A DNA stretch of 64,000 nt from Malacoraja senta (taxonomy: Eukaryota). Where the stretch lies: positions 10,294,001 to 10,358,000 of the forward strand of contig CM075995.1 of assembly GCA_038087875.1 (NCBI GenBank), read 5' to 3'. Below are positions 1 through 13,314 of the stretch, in pieces. The notes beneath the pieces are model-generated. The model worked only from the letters and a program-made list of their open reading frames with translations. It did not search any database and was not told the origin of the DNA. The translations under genes were made by a program, and so were the position numbers. How positions within the stretch are numbered: the first letter of the stretch is position 1; the number at the start of each line of letters is the position of its first letter.

Positions 1-106
1 ATTGTCGGTCGATATGTGACCATTATCATCCCAGGGAATAATAAAATATTGACCCTGTGCGAGGTTGATATCATCGGTTCTGAACTCCCGTCGTTACTTG
101 GAACAG
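1..106 (+). CDS. F-type lectin exon B0 (C-terminal half of domain 0; 5' end outside the window)
   Basis: IVGRYVTIIIPGNNKILTLCEVDIIGSELPSLLGT; donor G|gtaggc at 106/107. Confidence 0.85.
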
Positions 107-843
107 GTAGGCTGAGCTTGCCGCTGAGCACTGCTTCGATACAACATCTCATCTTAGTTGAGCGTCTTCAGCTGATAAAGTTTGTCGATAATTATCTTCC
201 TGAAGCCCAGAACCATATTTCCCACCGCTCTACTCTTTGCCATTCTTAGATTAATCGCCAGTCTTGGGTCCTCGCATTGTGCAAACATAATCCAGTCTCT
301 GAATTAAATCCCCGAGACACTAGGTGCATACACAGCTACAACGTGTCAGGCGTAAGAATCACCAACATAACATCATTCATCCGGAGACGTTGTGCTGATC
401 AGCAGCAGGCACGTCCCAACCAATTATACGACTATTGAGACACGCTTGAATAGTACCTCCCTACTCTCAGACTATTGAACGGTTCTCCCTTGAGTTGTAG
501 TTCAATCCCGATCTTTTAGCTTGCCTCATTGCGGTTCTTGGGATTATTTGAAAAAACGTAAACCGTAACACTATAACATGATATTGTCACATAATGCATT
601 ATGTTATTACTTTTTCTACTTCACACGTGGCTCCTGTGTGCGGCTTCGTTGCACTGTTGTACAGTACGATTAGATTGGATGGTACAAGCAAGGGTGTTTA
701 CTGCATCTGGCTTCACTTGACCATACTAAAGCAATACGAATATCAATGAAATTCACTACTGCTCCATTGCTTGATACAAGGCCTCCATCCGTCGGAATTA
801 AATGTCTCCTTTGCGGCTCATTGAGGTGCTTCTCATCCAACAG

Positions 844-1123
844 GAAACGTGGCGTCCGGAGGACGGCCGACCCAGTCCAGCACGTATGCAGGGGCAGGTG
901 CTCATCGAGCCAATGACGGTAACAGCGACATCCACTTCAGGAATGGATCATGCTCGCGCACCAGGAAATCCACAAACCCTTGGTGGAGAATCGATCTATT
1001 AGAGATCTACAATGTGTCAGATGTAAAAATCACAAACAGAGCAGACTGCTGTTCAGACCGGCTTCAAGGAGCCCAGATCCATATCGGGAACTCACTGGAG
1101 AATGATGGCAATTCCAACCGACT
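844..1123 (+). CDS. F-type lectin exon A1
   Basis: cag|GAAACGTG...CGACT|gtaagt; 280 bp; NVASGGRPTQSST...GSCSRT...PWWRIDL...NRADCCSDRL. Confidence 0.9.
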
Positions 1124-1683
1124 GTAAGTATTCAGAAGCAAACGCCGACTCTATTCAGCTGCGGGATCGTGTTCTGCAAGTTCCACTGGCACTGTTGCAA
1201 TGGTAACATGAGTGGGAAACAGAGAAAAGCTGCAGGTTAAGACTTATCTCACTGCAGAAATAGCTAAAAACGATCACGGTTGTTCCAGATGCGAGAGAAA
1301 GTGATACAGAGCCGCAGACCAAGTCTGTAGCGGTGGGTTCAATAAAAGGAGACGAATATACATGTAATTTAAGTTAATTCAATAAAAATAATATTGAACA
1401 ATCGGAATGCATGTGCAATTTTCAGGTAACCAACGCCCATGTGTGAGGGAACATGGAGTTCCTTCCGAGACAAGGTGACCATTGTATCCGGACCCTTTCC
1501 TGTTCCTAGTTAATTGTTTGGGAGGTAACGGCAAGGATGCCCGGGATAGACGCGGGGGCTCAGCACATGCCATGAAAGTGTCACCACTTCACCCGCACAG
1601 GCCTTCGATAACGTTTGACACGAGATCCCGACCGCAGTGATCGAGATATTTCAGGCTCACCTTTAAATCTTCATCTATTTCAG

Positions 1684-1844
1684 CTGTGTAACTGTTGCTG
1701 CGGTTAATTTGACGACGTTTCTCTTTAAATGTGATGGATTTGTCGGTCGATATGTGAACATCATCATCCCCGGCCACAACAAAATCTTGACCCTGTGTGA
1801 GGTTGAGATCTTTGGTACAGAAGTCCCGTACTTCATTGGAAAAG
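1684..1844 (+). CDS. F-type lectin exon B1
   Basis: tttcag|CTGT...AAAG|gtaggc; 161 bp; CVTVAAVNLTTFLFKCDGFVGRYVNIIIPGHNKILTLCEVEIFG. Confidence 0.9.
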
Positions 1845-2516
1845 GTAGGCGGAACTTTCCGCTGAGGCTCTGGTTGTGCACAGCCCCCTAGCATAGTTGG
1901 GAAGATTCTCCCACTGATAAGGTATGCGAAATAAAGATCTTCATGAGGCCGTGTACCGTCATTCTGCCCTTCTCCACTTTTGGACTCTCGCATTGTCCAA
2001 ATATAATCCTATCTAAGAAAGAAATACTTGAGACACTTGATGCACGCGCCCTGAGTCATTCCGATCTGGACTTAATGCTGATAAACACCAACCACGCACC
2101 GACGAATTACCCGCCTATTGAAAAACACTTGAAGAGCATCTCTTTGCTCTCAGACAACCGAATCGTCCGTCCTTGTTCTATTGCAAACCCGATATTTTAA
2201 ACTGCCTCAGTGCGTTTCTTGGACATATTTCCTGTAACTGTAAAGCTACAACAATGTAATAGCATATCATGCAATCTATGTTTTTTTTCTACTTTACTTG
2301 TTGCTCTTGTGTACGGCTTCATTCCATAGATGTACAGTATGTTATGAGTGTATGGTACAAACAAGGGTTATCATTGCATCTTGCGTCACTTGACCATACA
2401 AGAGCATCACGATTATCAATGAAATACACTGCTCGTACAAATCTTGATAGAAGGCCTACATCTATCGGCATTAAATATCTCCCTTGCGGCTCATTGAGGT
2501 GTTTCCCACTCACCAG

Positions 2517-2796
2517 AAAACCTGGCGTTCGGTGCACGGCCAACCCAGTCCAGCACGTATCGAAGGGCAGTTGCAGAGCGAGCCAATGACGGTAACAGGG
2601 ACGGCGACTTCATGCATGGTTCATGCGCGCGCACCATGAAATCTAAGAACCCTTGGTGGAGAGTCGATCTAAAGGCAAGATACAACGTGTCAGATGTAAG
2701 AATCACCAACAGAGCAGACTGCTGCTGGAAGCGGCTCAAAGGAGCCGAGATCCGCATCGGGACTTCGCTGGCGAACGATGGCAATTCCAACAGACT
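2517..2796 (+). CDS. F-type lectin exon A2
   Basis: ccag|AAAACCTG...AGACT|gtaagt; NLAFGARPTQSSTYRRAVAERANDGN...GSCARTMK...NRADCCWKRL. Confidence 0.9.
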
Positions 2797-5149
2797 GTAA
2801 GTATTCAGGGACAAACGCTGACTCTATTCACCTGCGTTGTCTTGTTCTGTAAGTTCCACTGTTGCTGTTGCAGTGATAACATGAGTTTCGAGCTAATAAC
2901 AAACACTCCAAATAACAATCCAACAGGTTCATTGGCATATAGTAAAGTTACACTGCATGTTGTCACCACTGTGACTACATCCCGACTAACTGACTAGTGT
3001 CTGAAAGCGTTAGTAATATATGGTGACTGTAAGGTAAAACCAGAACTGGATTATAGATCCGAGAGGTGTAACATATGTGTGTTAGTATTAGGTAGAGCAG
3101 ATCTACATATTTCCTCTTAAGAAAATAACGTAACTACGAATACATATGTGAATATAACTAATCAAGTTGAACTTGCGTCTAGTAAAATCAGCACTGGAGC
3201 AGGTTAAGCATAGTCCCCGTATCTAAGGGTAGGTTTGCAAATGCGACCCGCGCGCATCCTTCACCAGTGAGAACTGTGAGACCGGGGGTTGATGGAGCAT
3301 CGGAGATCCGTGAAACGGGTGAGGGGAGAGTGGAGGGCGGGACACCGACTGTGGTGGGGAGAAGGCAAGATACATGCTGGGCACCGCAAACGGACGCTGG
3401 ACCGGGGAACAGAGAGTACCAGTCATACGGTGACACAGCCCAGGAACATCTGGATGCGGTTCATAGGTTGCGATTCATTCACTGCCAAAAGGTGTTGACG
3501 GGTACGCCGGAAATTCCCTCCATTAGAATCGACCATGTAGGAACGTGGTTCTGGTGGAGGGCTGCGGATTGTAACAAGGCGTCCATGTTGTTTGTCAGTT
3601 TGAAGCCTTACAGCTTGACCGCTTGCCAGCGGCTCGAGTGGCCTGCTCGTTTGGTCGTACGAGAGATTCTGGATCTTGCGCTTATGCTGACGCTGTGCTT
3701 GAATTACTGATGGCTTGAAAACCTGTGGCTGTAGTAGTTGCTTGGGTACGGGCAGCGTGGTAAAGGTCTGCCTTGATATGAGCCGTTGGGCAGGAGACCC
3801 TAGCACTGGGTCGCGGGCAATGTTTCTTAAGTTGAGCAAGTCCAGGTAAACAACAGATTTTGCCAAGTGTGATATTTCTATTACTTGTTTGGCACTCCGG
3901 ACTGCCCGCCCGGCCAGCCCGTTCGATTGAGAGCATCTGGGACTGCTGGTAATGTGACGAAAGTCCCATCGTTGGGTCAAATTCTTGAAGCACTGGCTGG
4001 TGAACTGGCTTCCGTTGTCAGACAGGAGTTTCACGGGTGCCCCGTGACTTGAAAAGTGTCGCGCTAGTTTTTGAACCACCACTGCTGAAATGGGGCTGGG
4101 AAGCAGATCGATCTCAAGCCAGCCAGAGTACGTGTCGTCCAGAACCAGGTATTGTTCACCACGCCATTCGAAAATGTCTGTTGCCAGTGTGGACCATGGT
4201 AAGACAGGGACTGGGTGAAGTAGAAGCGGCTGCTAGGGTTGGTGGGGCACTAGGCTACTGCAGATCGCGCAGGCTTCCACCTTCTCCCGTATACGCTCAG
4301 TGATTCCGGGACAGAAAGAACATGCTTGGCTCGAAGGATGGGTGCCTCCGTGCCGGGATGTTCCCTGTGGACAGAGTCGAAATATTTGTCTCGTAAATGA
4401 GTTGCAATGCCCGTCTTGTGTCCCTTGACAATCATGCAGTCCTGGAAGTTCGGGAGAATGGCAACAGATACATTGTGCTGTTTATCCGGCCAGCCCTGCC
4501 GGATAATCGACGACAGGGACTGTGGGGTGTCATCGGCTGCTGTCTGGGCACCCAATTCGTCCAGGCACTCTGTGGGAAGGTAAGACTCCATCATCACAAT
4601 GTAGACATCGACAACAATGGCACAAGGGTGTCCTGCGAACAGCTGTTCCATCGTGCGCTGAAATACTTTACTGGCGGATGCCAAAGGGCATTCGGAGAAA
4701 CTTCTAGCGACCAAAAGGTGTGCCAAATGTGGTTGGTTCAGACGATTTGTGTTCTAACGGGATTTGCCAGAATGAAGTTTTGGCATGTAGTACAGAGAAA
4801 ACAATAGCTTTGCCCAGGAGTGCTACTACCTCTTCTATTGTGCGTATTGGATAGTGCGGGCGCTTGGTCGCAGTATTCAGATATCTGGAGTTGATACAGA
4901 TTCGTATTTCGTCTGTTTTTCTTGGGGGCCGTGTCGTTGACTGGAGCGATGACACCTAAGGATTCCATTATTTGAATTTGTTTTGTACGCAGTCACGCAT
5001 GGCATGCGGATTTTTTTGAGGGGCGCGAACAACGGGCATTATGTCAGGGTCGTTTACAATAGAGTACTTAAGGGGTAGTTTGCCAAGTTTGTTGTCAAAG
5101 AGTTCCTTTTACTGAGCAAAAATCTGTTCGGTGGTATCTGGGGCAGGGG

Positions 5150-6527
5150 AAACATAGAAAACATAGAAACATAGAAAATAGGTGCAGGAGTAGGCCATTC
5201 GGCCCTTCGAGCCTGCACCGCCATTCAATATGATCATGGCTGATCATCCAACTCAGTATCCTGTCCCTGCCTTCTCTCCATACCCCCTGATCCCTTTAGC
5301 CACAAGGACCACATCTAACTCCCTCTTAAATATAGACAATGTACTGGCCTCAACTACCTTCTGTGGCAGAGAATTGCAGAGATTCACCACTCTCTGTGTG
5401 AAAAATGTTTTTCTCATCTCGGTCCTAAAAGATTTCCCCTTTATCCTTAAACTGTGACCCCTTGTCCTGGACTTCCCCAACATCGGGAACAATCTTCCTG
5501 CATCTAGCCTGTCCAACCACTTAAGAATTTTGTAAGTTTCTAGAAGATTCCCCCTCAATCTTCTAAATTCTAGCGAGTGCAAGCCGAGTCTATCCAGTCT
5601 TTCTTCATATGAAAGTCCTGACATCCCAGGAATCAGTCTGGTGAACCTTCTCTGTACTCCCTCTATGGCAAGAATGTCTTTCCTCAGATTTGGAGACCAC
5701 AACTGTACGCAATACCCCAGGTGTTGTCTCACCAAGACCCTGTACAACTGCAGTAGAACCTCCCTGCTCCCATACTCAAATCCTTTTGCTATGAATGCAA
5801 ACATACCATTCGCTTTCTTCACTGCATGCTGCACCTGCATGCCTACTTTCAATGACTGGTGTACCATGACACCCAGACCTCGTTGCATCTCCCCTTTTCC
5901 TAATCGGCCACCATTCAGATAATAGTCTACTTTCCCGTTCTTGCCACCAAAGTGGATAACCTCACATTTATCCACATTATACTGCATCTGCCATGCATAT
6001 GCCCACTTACCCAACCTATCCAAGTCACCTTGCAGCCTCCTAGCAGCTTCCTCACATCTAACATTGTCCCCCAGCTTCGTGTCATCCACAAATTTGGAGA
6101 TGTTGCATTCAATTCCCTCGTCCAAATCATTAATATATATTGTAAATAGCTGGGGTCCCAGCACTGAGCCTTGCGGTATCCCACTAGTCACTGCCTGCCA
6201 TTCCGAAAAGGACCCGTTTACTCCTACTCCTACTCCTACTCCTTGCTTCCTGTTTGCCAGCCAGTTCTCTATCCACATCAATACTGAACCCCCAATACCG
6301 TGTGCTTTAAATTTGTATACTAATCTCTTATGTGGGACCTTGTCGAAAGCCTTCTGGAAGTCCAGATATAACACATCCACTGGTTCTCCCTTATCCACTC
6401 TACTAGTTACGTCCTCGAAAATTTCTATATGATTCTGTCAGGCATGATTTGCCTTTCGCAAATCTATGCTGACTTTGTCCAATGATTTCACCACTTTCCA
6501 AATGTGCTGCTATCCCATCTTTAATAA
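5150..6527 (-). mobile_element. 5'-truncated CR1 LINE, (CTATGTTT)n-tailed family, nested in Gypsy pol
   Basis: ORF 5253-6398 with [27 protein letters not shown] and the CR1 C-terminus; (AAACATAG)n tail on + strand at ~5150. Confidence 0.9.
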
Positions 6528-7456
6528 GTTGGTGCATCTCTTCTGCTAAGCTTACCAATCCCAGATCCTGATAGACATCAATACAGGCAGGGCTGTTACC
6601 TTTCCTGGGACAATGAAAACGTTCAGCTTGTGCACATATGTCGCTAGATGGAACTGCAGGTCAACCCTGCCAACTAGGTGAACCTCTCCCCCTCCAAATG
6701 AAATTAACAAGGCTTTTGTGTTTACAAACGTTTCAGGATTCTTGACCCTGGAAAACTCAGCCAGAGACATAACATTACAGCGAGACCCAGTGTCGAACTT
6801 TGTCACAGTAGTAGTGTTGTTGATTTGGAATGTGACTGGGATCACGTAGTTTAAATGAAATCTCTGATAGAGAATGTATGTTTAGGCTGGAACTGTCAGG
6901 TTCCGACAAATTCCCACAAGTATACGGCACAGCTTGAGCTGCATCGGGCAGGCCGTGGGAACCATCTTGCTGGAGCAGATTTACCTGCTGTCTGGTTTCT
7001 ATACGATTTCTGCACGCCAGCACCGAACTTCGTTTACAGTAGTAGCAGACTTTCCCGTCGGTTGGGCATTGCTCGCGGACAGCTGAGTGTGAACCACCAC
7101 AATTATTACATTGGAAAAGAACCCCGCTGGGCTGTCTCTCTTCTGGTGGCAGGCGTTGAGCACGATAGAACGGGTTCGCAACACGCTGAGTGCGGACCCG
7201 GCCCTGCGAGGCGGGTATGAGAGTCGGTACCTTCGGCAATGCGGCAGACATTTTCTGCCCCGATGAGAGTTAGATCAGCATCCTGTAGAAGTACATTTTT
7301 CACTTTCTCATTTAAAATGCCACTTACCAATCTTTCGCGGACAAGCTCGTCGCACAGGTTTCCAAAACGACACTGGCTTGCAATGTGTTTTATGGTACTT
7401 ATGTATGCATCGACAGGATCACCAGGGAGCATTTTTGGGATAGAATTTGTATCGTT

Positions 7457-9750
7457 CCATATAACCATATAACCATATAACCATATAACCATTACAGTAC
7501 GGAAACAGGCAATCTCGGCCCTTCAAGTCCGTGCCGAACATTTATATTTTTGTTAATTTTTATTTTTTTTAATTAAAATAAATACTTCCCCCCTAGTCCC
7601 ATCTACCTGCACTCAGACCATAACCCTCCATTCCTTTCCCGTCCATATACCCATACAATCTATTTTTAAAGGATAAAATCGAACCAGCCTCCACCACTTC
7701 CACTGGAAGCTCATTCCACACAGCTACCACTCTCTGAGTCAAGAAGTTCCCCCTAATGTTACCCCTAAACTTTTGTCCCTTAATTCTCAAGTCAAGTCCC
7801 CTTGTTTGAATCTTCCCTACTCTCAATGGAAAAAGCTTATCCACGTCAAGTCTGTCTAACCCGCTCATAGTTTTAAAGACCTCTATCAAGTCCCCTCTTA
7901 ACCTTCTGCGCTCCAAAGAATAAAGACCTAACTTTTTCAACCTTTCTCTGTAACTTAGTTGCTGAAACCCAAGCAACATTCTAGAAAATCTCCTCTGTAC
8001 TCTCTCTATTTTGTTGACATCCTTCCTATAATTAGGCGACCAAAATTGTACTCCATACTCCAGAATTGGCCTCACCAATGCCTTGTACAATTTTAACATT
8101 ACATCCCAACTTCTATATTCAATGCTCTGATTTATAAAGGCCAGCACCCCAAAAGCTTTCTTTACCACCCAATCTACATGAGATTCGACCTTCAGGGAAC
8201 TATGCACAGTTATTCCTAGACCCCTCTGTTCAACTGTATTCCTCAATTCTCTACCGTTTACCATGTACGTCCTATTTTGATTTGTGCTGCCGAGATGTAG
8301 TACCTCACATTTATCAGCATTAAACTCCATCTGCCATCTTTCAGCCCACTCTTCCAAATGGCCTAAATCTCTCTGTAGACTTTGAAAATCTACATCATTA
8401 TCCACCACACCACCTATCTTAGTATCATCTGCATAGTTACTAATCCAATTTTGCACACCATCATCCAGATCATTGATGTACATGACAAACAACAGTGGAC
8501 CCAATACAGACCCCTGAGGCACCCCACTAGTCACCGGCCTCCAACCTGACAAACAGCCATCCACCATTACTCTCTGGCATCTCCCATTCAGCCACTGTTG
8601 AATCCTTCTTGCTACTCCACTATTAATACCCAACAATTTAATCTTCTTAACCAACCTTCCATGAGGAACCTTGTCAAAGGCCTTACTGAAGTCCATATAG
8701 ACAACATCCACTGCTTTACCCTCATCAATTTCCCTAGGAACCTCTTCGAAAAATTCTAGAAGATTAGTCAAACATGACCTTCCAGGAACAAATCCATGTT
8801 GACTGTTCCTAATCAGACCCTGCTTATCCAGATGCTTATATATTATCTTTAAGTATCCTTTCCATTAATTTGCCCACCACCGACGTCAAACTAACAGGTC
8901 TATAATTGCTAGGTTTACTCTTAGAACCCTTTTCAAACAACGGAACAACATGCGCAGTACGCCAATCCTCCGGCACTATTCCCGTTTCTAATGACATTTG
9001 AAATATTTCTGTCATAGCCCCTGCTATTTCTACACTAACATCCCTCAATGTCCTCGGGAATATCCTGTCAGGACCTGCAGACATCCGTTTTCATATTTTT
9101 CAAAAGTCTCCGCTCCTCCTCTTCTTTGAATCTCATAGTTTCAATTGCTACTCTGCTTGTTTCCCTTACCTCACACAATTCCATATCCTTCTCCTTGGTG
9201 AATACCGAAGAAAAGAAATTGTTCAATATCTCCCCCATCTCTTTTGGCTCTGCAGATAGCTGTCCACACTGACACTCTAATGGACCAATTTTATTCCTTG
9301 TTATCCTTTTGCTATTAATATAGCTGTAGAACCCCTTTGGATTTACTTTCACCTTACTTGCCGAAGCAACCTCATATCTTCTTTTAGCTTTTCTAATTTC
9401 TTTCTTAATATACTTTTTACATTCTTTATACTCCTCAAGCACCTCATTTACTCCATGCTGCCTATAATTATTGTAGATCTCTCTCTTTTTCCGAACCGTG
9501 TCCAATTTCCCTTGAAAACCATGGCTCTTTCCAAATTTTACTATTTCCTTTCAACCGAACAGGGACATAAAGATTCTGTACTCTTAAAATGTCACCTTCA
9601 AATATCCTCCATTTCTGTTCTACGTCCTTCCCATAAAACAACATGTCCCAATTCACTCCTTTTAAATCCTTTCGCATCTGCTCAAAGTTATCCTTTCTCC
9701 AATCAAAAATCTCAACCCTAGGTCCAGTTCTGACCCTCTCCATAATTAGG
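7457..9750 (-). mobile_element. 5'-truncated CR1 LINE, (TTATATGG)n-tailed family, nested in Gypsy gag
   Basis: ORFs 7593-8771 (YADDTKIG), 8836-9084 and 9068-9505; (CCATATAA)n tail on + strand at 7457. Confidence 0.9.
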
Positions 9751-10596
9751 GTCCATAACCATGTTCCATAACCATGTTGGTCCGAAGTTCACACAGGTGT
9801 CTGAACTTGTCCATTGAACAGACTGGGTCGTTAATAGTCTGTTGAGGGGTGATCGCTTCATTGTTGCCACCCATCACAGCCGGGGCATAGTGGAACCGCT
9901 CAGCTCGTCGAATAGCTTCAGATCCAGCGACATTGAGAAGCACAGCAACTGTCTGCTCTTGAGGCCCTCCGCGATGGGCAGCCCGAATATAGACGTTGAA
10001 ATCCTTCTCGAAAATCCGCCAACGTTCACTGCGGTCGGCATCGAAAACTAGGGGGTCGGGCTTTTTAAACGATTGAGCCACAATGAAGTGGGTAAGAGAA
10101 ATAAATACTGGGGAACAAAGAAAATAAACCCGATAAACTAGGAGCAGAATGGGTAAAAAAAACTCTGACACCATGTAAAGCTGATAATGAACACTGGAAG
10201 TAACAATCCAACAGGTTTATTGGCATATAGTAAAGTTAGACGGCATGTTGCCACCACTGTGACCACATCCCGACTAACCGACTAGTGTCTGGAAACGTTA
10301 GTAATATATGGAGACTGTAAAGTAAAACCCGGACTGGTTACAGATCCGAATGGTTAGTAACATATATGTGCTAGTATTAGTTGGAGCAGATCTACAATGA
10401 GTTGGAAACAGAGATAAGTTGCAGGGTAAGACTGATATCTCTGCAAAACATTCGCAAGTAACCGTGCCGCGCCGCTCCCCCACAACGCATGAACGTGTCA
10501 CCAGCTCACCCGCACAGGCCTACGATGTTTGACACGTTGTCTCTTCCCCAGTGATCTAGTTAGTTCAGGCTTACCTTTAAACATCTTCTCTTTCAG

Positions 10597-10757
10597 CTGT
10601 GCAACCGTCAACTTAGGTCACTTGACGACATTTATCGTTAATTGTGGTGGATTTGTTGGTCAATATGTGAACATCATCATCCCAGGGTACAATAAAAGGT
10701 TGACCCTATGCGAGGTTGAGATCTTTGGTTCAGAACTTCCGTCCTTACTTGGAACAG
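10597..10757 (+). CDS. F-type lectin exon B2
   Basis: tttcag|CTGTGCA...ACAG|gtaggc; CATVNLGHLTTFIVNCGGFVGQYVNIIIPGYNKRLTLCEVEIFG. Confidence 0.88.
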
Positions 10758-11122
10758 GTAGGCTGAATTTCCCGCTGAAGCACTGGTTAGTTGAGGGAGA
10801 CTCCTACAGCTTAGTTGAGGGAGACTCCCAGAAATGAAGTCTGAGCATAACTACCTTCCTGAAGCCCCATACCGTCTCTCGCAATACGCTACACACTCTC
10901 GTCCTTTGTTTAATCACCAGTCTTGGACCAAAGCATTGTCCAAACATGATTCTGTCTGTGAAGGAAATCCCTGTGACACTTGGCGCACACGCCCTCATCC
11001 AGTCAGTCCAGAGACCTTGTGCTGATAAACAACAGTCACACACCAAGGAATTGACTGCAACTATTGAAATACTCATGAGCGTATATGCCCGCTATCAGAC
11101 CACTGAACGGTTCTCCCTTGAG

Positions 11123-11853
11123 CAGGGGCGGAAATCGCTATCATACCTGGTGTGGGAGGCGGACACAATCTCTTAGCGGCCGCGCGCGCACGCGCACACA
11201 CGGGAGACTTCAGAGGCTTCGGCCGTGGGACCTGTGGACGGTAACATCGGGAGCTGACCTGGTTGGTGACCGACTTCGAACTCCAGCAACAGCAGCTTCG
11301 TCCGCCCCGAATCGTGGGGCGGTAAATCGGCCCGTTCGCGGGGCCTTTCATCGCCCGGCGCGACTTAAATCCGGCCGCGGGAGCTTCCATCGCCCGGCGA
11401 GAGCTTCAACATCGGGAGCCTCGATGCAGCAATTTGACCGCGGGGCGATGGAAGATCCCGCGTCCGATTTTAAGGCGCGCCGGGCCATGAAATGCCCCGC
11501 GAACGGCCCGATTCAAGCTCCGCACTATATTTGCTCCACCAGGACGTCTCCCTGCTCCAATCACCGCGCTTTATCCTCAGTCTCAACCCCCCTACTTCGG
11601 CCTCTGACCGACACCACCCTCCTCCAATCATCGCGATGAATCATCATGTCACCCCCCCCCCCCGTTGCCTGCTGACCGACGTCTCTCTCTTCCAATCGGG
11701 GCCCTCGATCATCCGTCCCACCCCACTTTCTCGCAGAAAGCGGAGATTTTAATAGATTTTTTGTCACCTAATTTAAAAATCCGGATTACAAAACGTTGTC
11801 CCCCACCTGTCAAAGCATGGAGGGGACGCTTCTCCCCTTGATTTCCGCCCATG
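11123..11853. mobile_element. Non-autonomous hAT-like DNA transposon (MITE), GC-rich, with internal inverted repeats
   Basis: 14-bp TIRs CAGGGGCGGAAATC / GATTTCCGCCCATG (1 mismatch); 8-bp TSD CCCTTGAG / CCATTGAG; paralogous introns show the empty site. Confidence 0.75.
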
Positions 11854-12172
11854 CCATTGAGGCGTATGCAATTTCGATCTCATGACTTGCCTCGGTGCAG
11901 TTCTTGGACTTATTTTCAATAGTCGGAAAGCTATCAGGTTGTAACGCCATATCTTGCAATCCTTTTCTTTTTTACCAATTTACCGGTTGCTCTTGCGTGC
12001 GGCTTTATGGGACGGATGTACAGTATGATTGTACAAATACGTGTTTCTATTGCATCTCGCTTTACTTGTGAATACGTTTATCAATGAAATACACTGCTGA
12101 TCCATACCTTGATGGAAGGACTTCGTCCGTCGGTAATTAATCTGTTCCTTGTGTGGTTTTTCCATCCAACAG

Positions 12173-12452
12173 AAAACGTGGCGTTGGGAGTACCGGCAGC
12201 GCAGTCCAGCACCTATCGGTGGGCAGGTGCGGAGCGAGCCAATGACGGGAACAGCGACAGCGACTTCAGGCATGGTTCATGCGCTCGCACCAGGAAATCC
12301 ATGAACCCCTGGTGGAGAGTTGATCTAAAGAAAAGCTACAACGTGTCAGTTGTAAGCATCACTAACAGAGCAGATTGCTGCTCGGATTGGTTACAAGAAG
12401 CGGAGATCCGCATCGGGAACTCGCTGGAGAACGATGGCAATTTCAACAGACT
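12173..12452 (+). CDS. F-type lectin exon A3
   Basis: caacag|AAAACGTG...AGACT|gtaagt; NVALGVPAAQSSTYRWAGAERANDGN...NRADCCSDWL. Confidence 0.9.
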
Positions 12453-12999
12453 GTAAGTATTCATAAGCAGTCGCGGAATCCGTTCACCTGTAAGTGTTCG
12501 GAAACAAACGTCGACTCTATTCAGCTGCGATGTCCTGTTCTGCAAGTTCCACTGTTACTGTTGCAATGATAACATGAGAGGGAGAGATGTTGCAGGTTAT
12601 AACTGATCTCCCTATAGAAAAGGCTAAAACTGTGCTCCGCTGATGCAGGTGCGAGAGGAAATGACATAAATCCTTAGATCACTTATCCAGAGGCATGAGA
12701 TGCTGACGTGCCTCTATAGAGGCGGAGTCAATAAAAGGAAACGAATAAATCTGTAATTTAAGTTAATTCAAGTTATGTATTATTGAACAATCGAATTGCT
12801 CTCATTCAATGTTACAAAGTCTTATGGGTCAGGGAGTATGCACACCCACCCACACATCGCTACCTATGTATCCGGATACTCTCCTACTCCGAGCAAGCTG
12901 TTCGGGATCGGAGCTAGTGAGTAGAATGCTGAAAGTTGTCGTGGGTGCTCCCCCCCCCTCCCCACATCGCTAGAAGATGTCACCAGCTCACCAGCACAT

Positions 13000-13085
13000 G
13001 CTCGAATGGCGGTGCAGGCTCGAATGGCCGAATGGCCTACTCCTGCACCTATTTTCTATGTTTCTATGTTTCTATGTTTCTATGC
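13000..13085 (+). mobile_element. Short CR1 3'-end fragment with (CTATGTTT)n tail
   Basis: Reverse complement of the 3' UTR and tail of the CR1 at 5150-5225. Confidence 0.7.
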
Positions 13086-13153
13086 TCAAAATAACGTTTG
13101 ACACACATGATCGAAAGAGTGGAGTCTCACCTTCAAATTCTCTTCTCTTTCAG

Positions 13154-13314
13154 CTGTGGAACCGTGGATTCAGTTTCTGGGACAACATTGACATTAAATT
13201 GTGCTGGATTTGTCGGTCGATATGTGAACATTATCATCCCAGGCCAGGATAAAATTTTGACTCTGTGCGAGGTTGAGATCATTGGTAGAGAATTTCAGTC
13301 CTCACTTGGAAAAG
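13154..13314 (+). CDS. F-type lectin exon B3
   Basis: tttcag|CTGTGGA...AAAG|gtaggc; CGTVDSVSGTTLTLNCAGFVGRYVNIIIPGQDKILTLCEVEIIG. Confidence 0.9.

Larger units (their letters stand above)
2886..10396 (-). mobile_element. Degenerate Gypsy (Mag-clade-like) LTR retrotransposon with both LTRs, interrupted by two CR1 insertions
   Basis: LTRs at 2886-3107 and 10174-10396 (the 10174-10396 copy reads TG...CA on - strand); 5-bp TSD ATGAG at 2881-2885 and 10397-10401; PBS-like TGGTGTCAGAG next to the 5' LTR; frameshifted gag (9746-10174, 7106-7450), zinc knuckle, protease DTG (6552-6845), RT pieces and integrase SDNGSQF...SNGLA (3423-4082). Confidence 0.85.

Noticed and set aside
849..1127. Stand-alone ~92-aa lectin ORFs (also at 19229, 24493, 29757, 35012, 40291 and 63207)
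   Set aside because: The apparent start is the Val GTG codon of N-V-A, and the stop is the TAA inside the donor gtaag. These are internal exons.
10787..10829. Direct repeat TTAGTTGAGGGAGACTCC twice
   Set aside because: A small local intronic duplication with no further structure.
11073..11767. GC-rich ORFs or a CpG-island promoter
   Set aside because: The region lies wholly within a TIR- and TSD-bounded MITE that has a second copy nearby.
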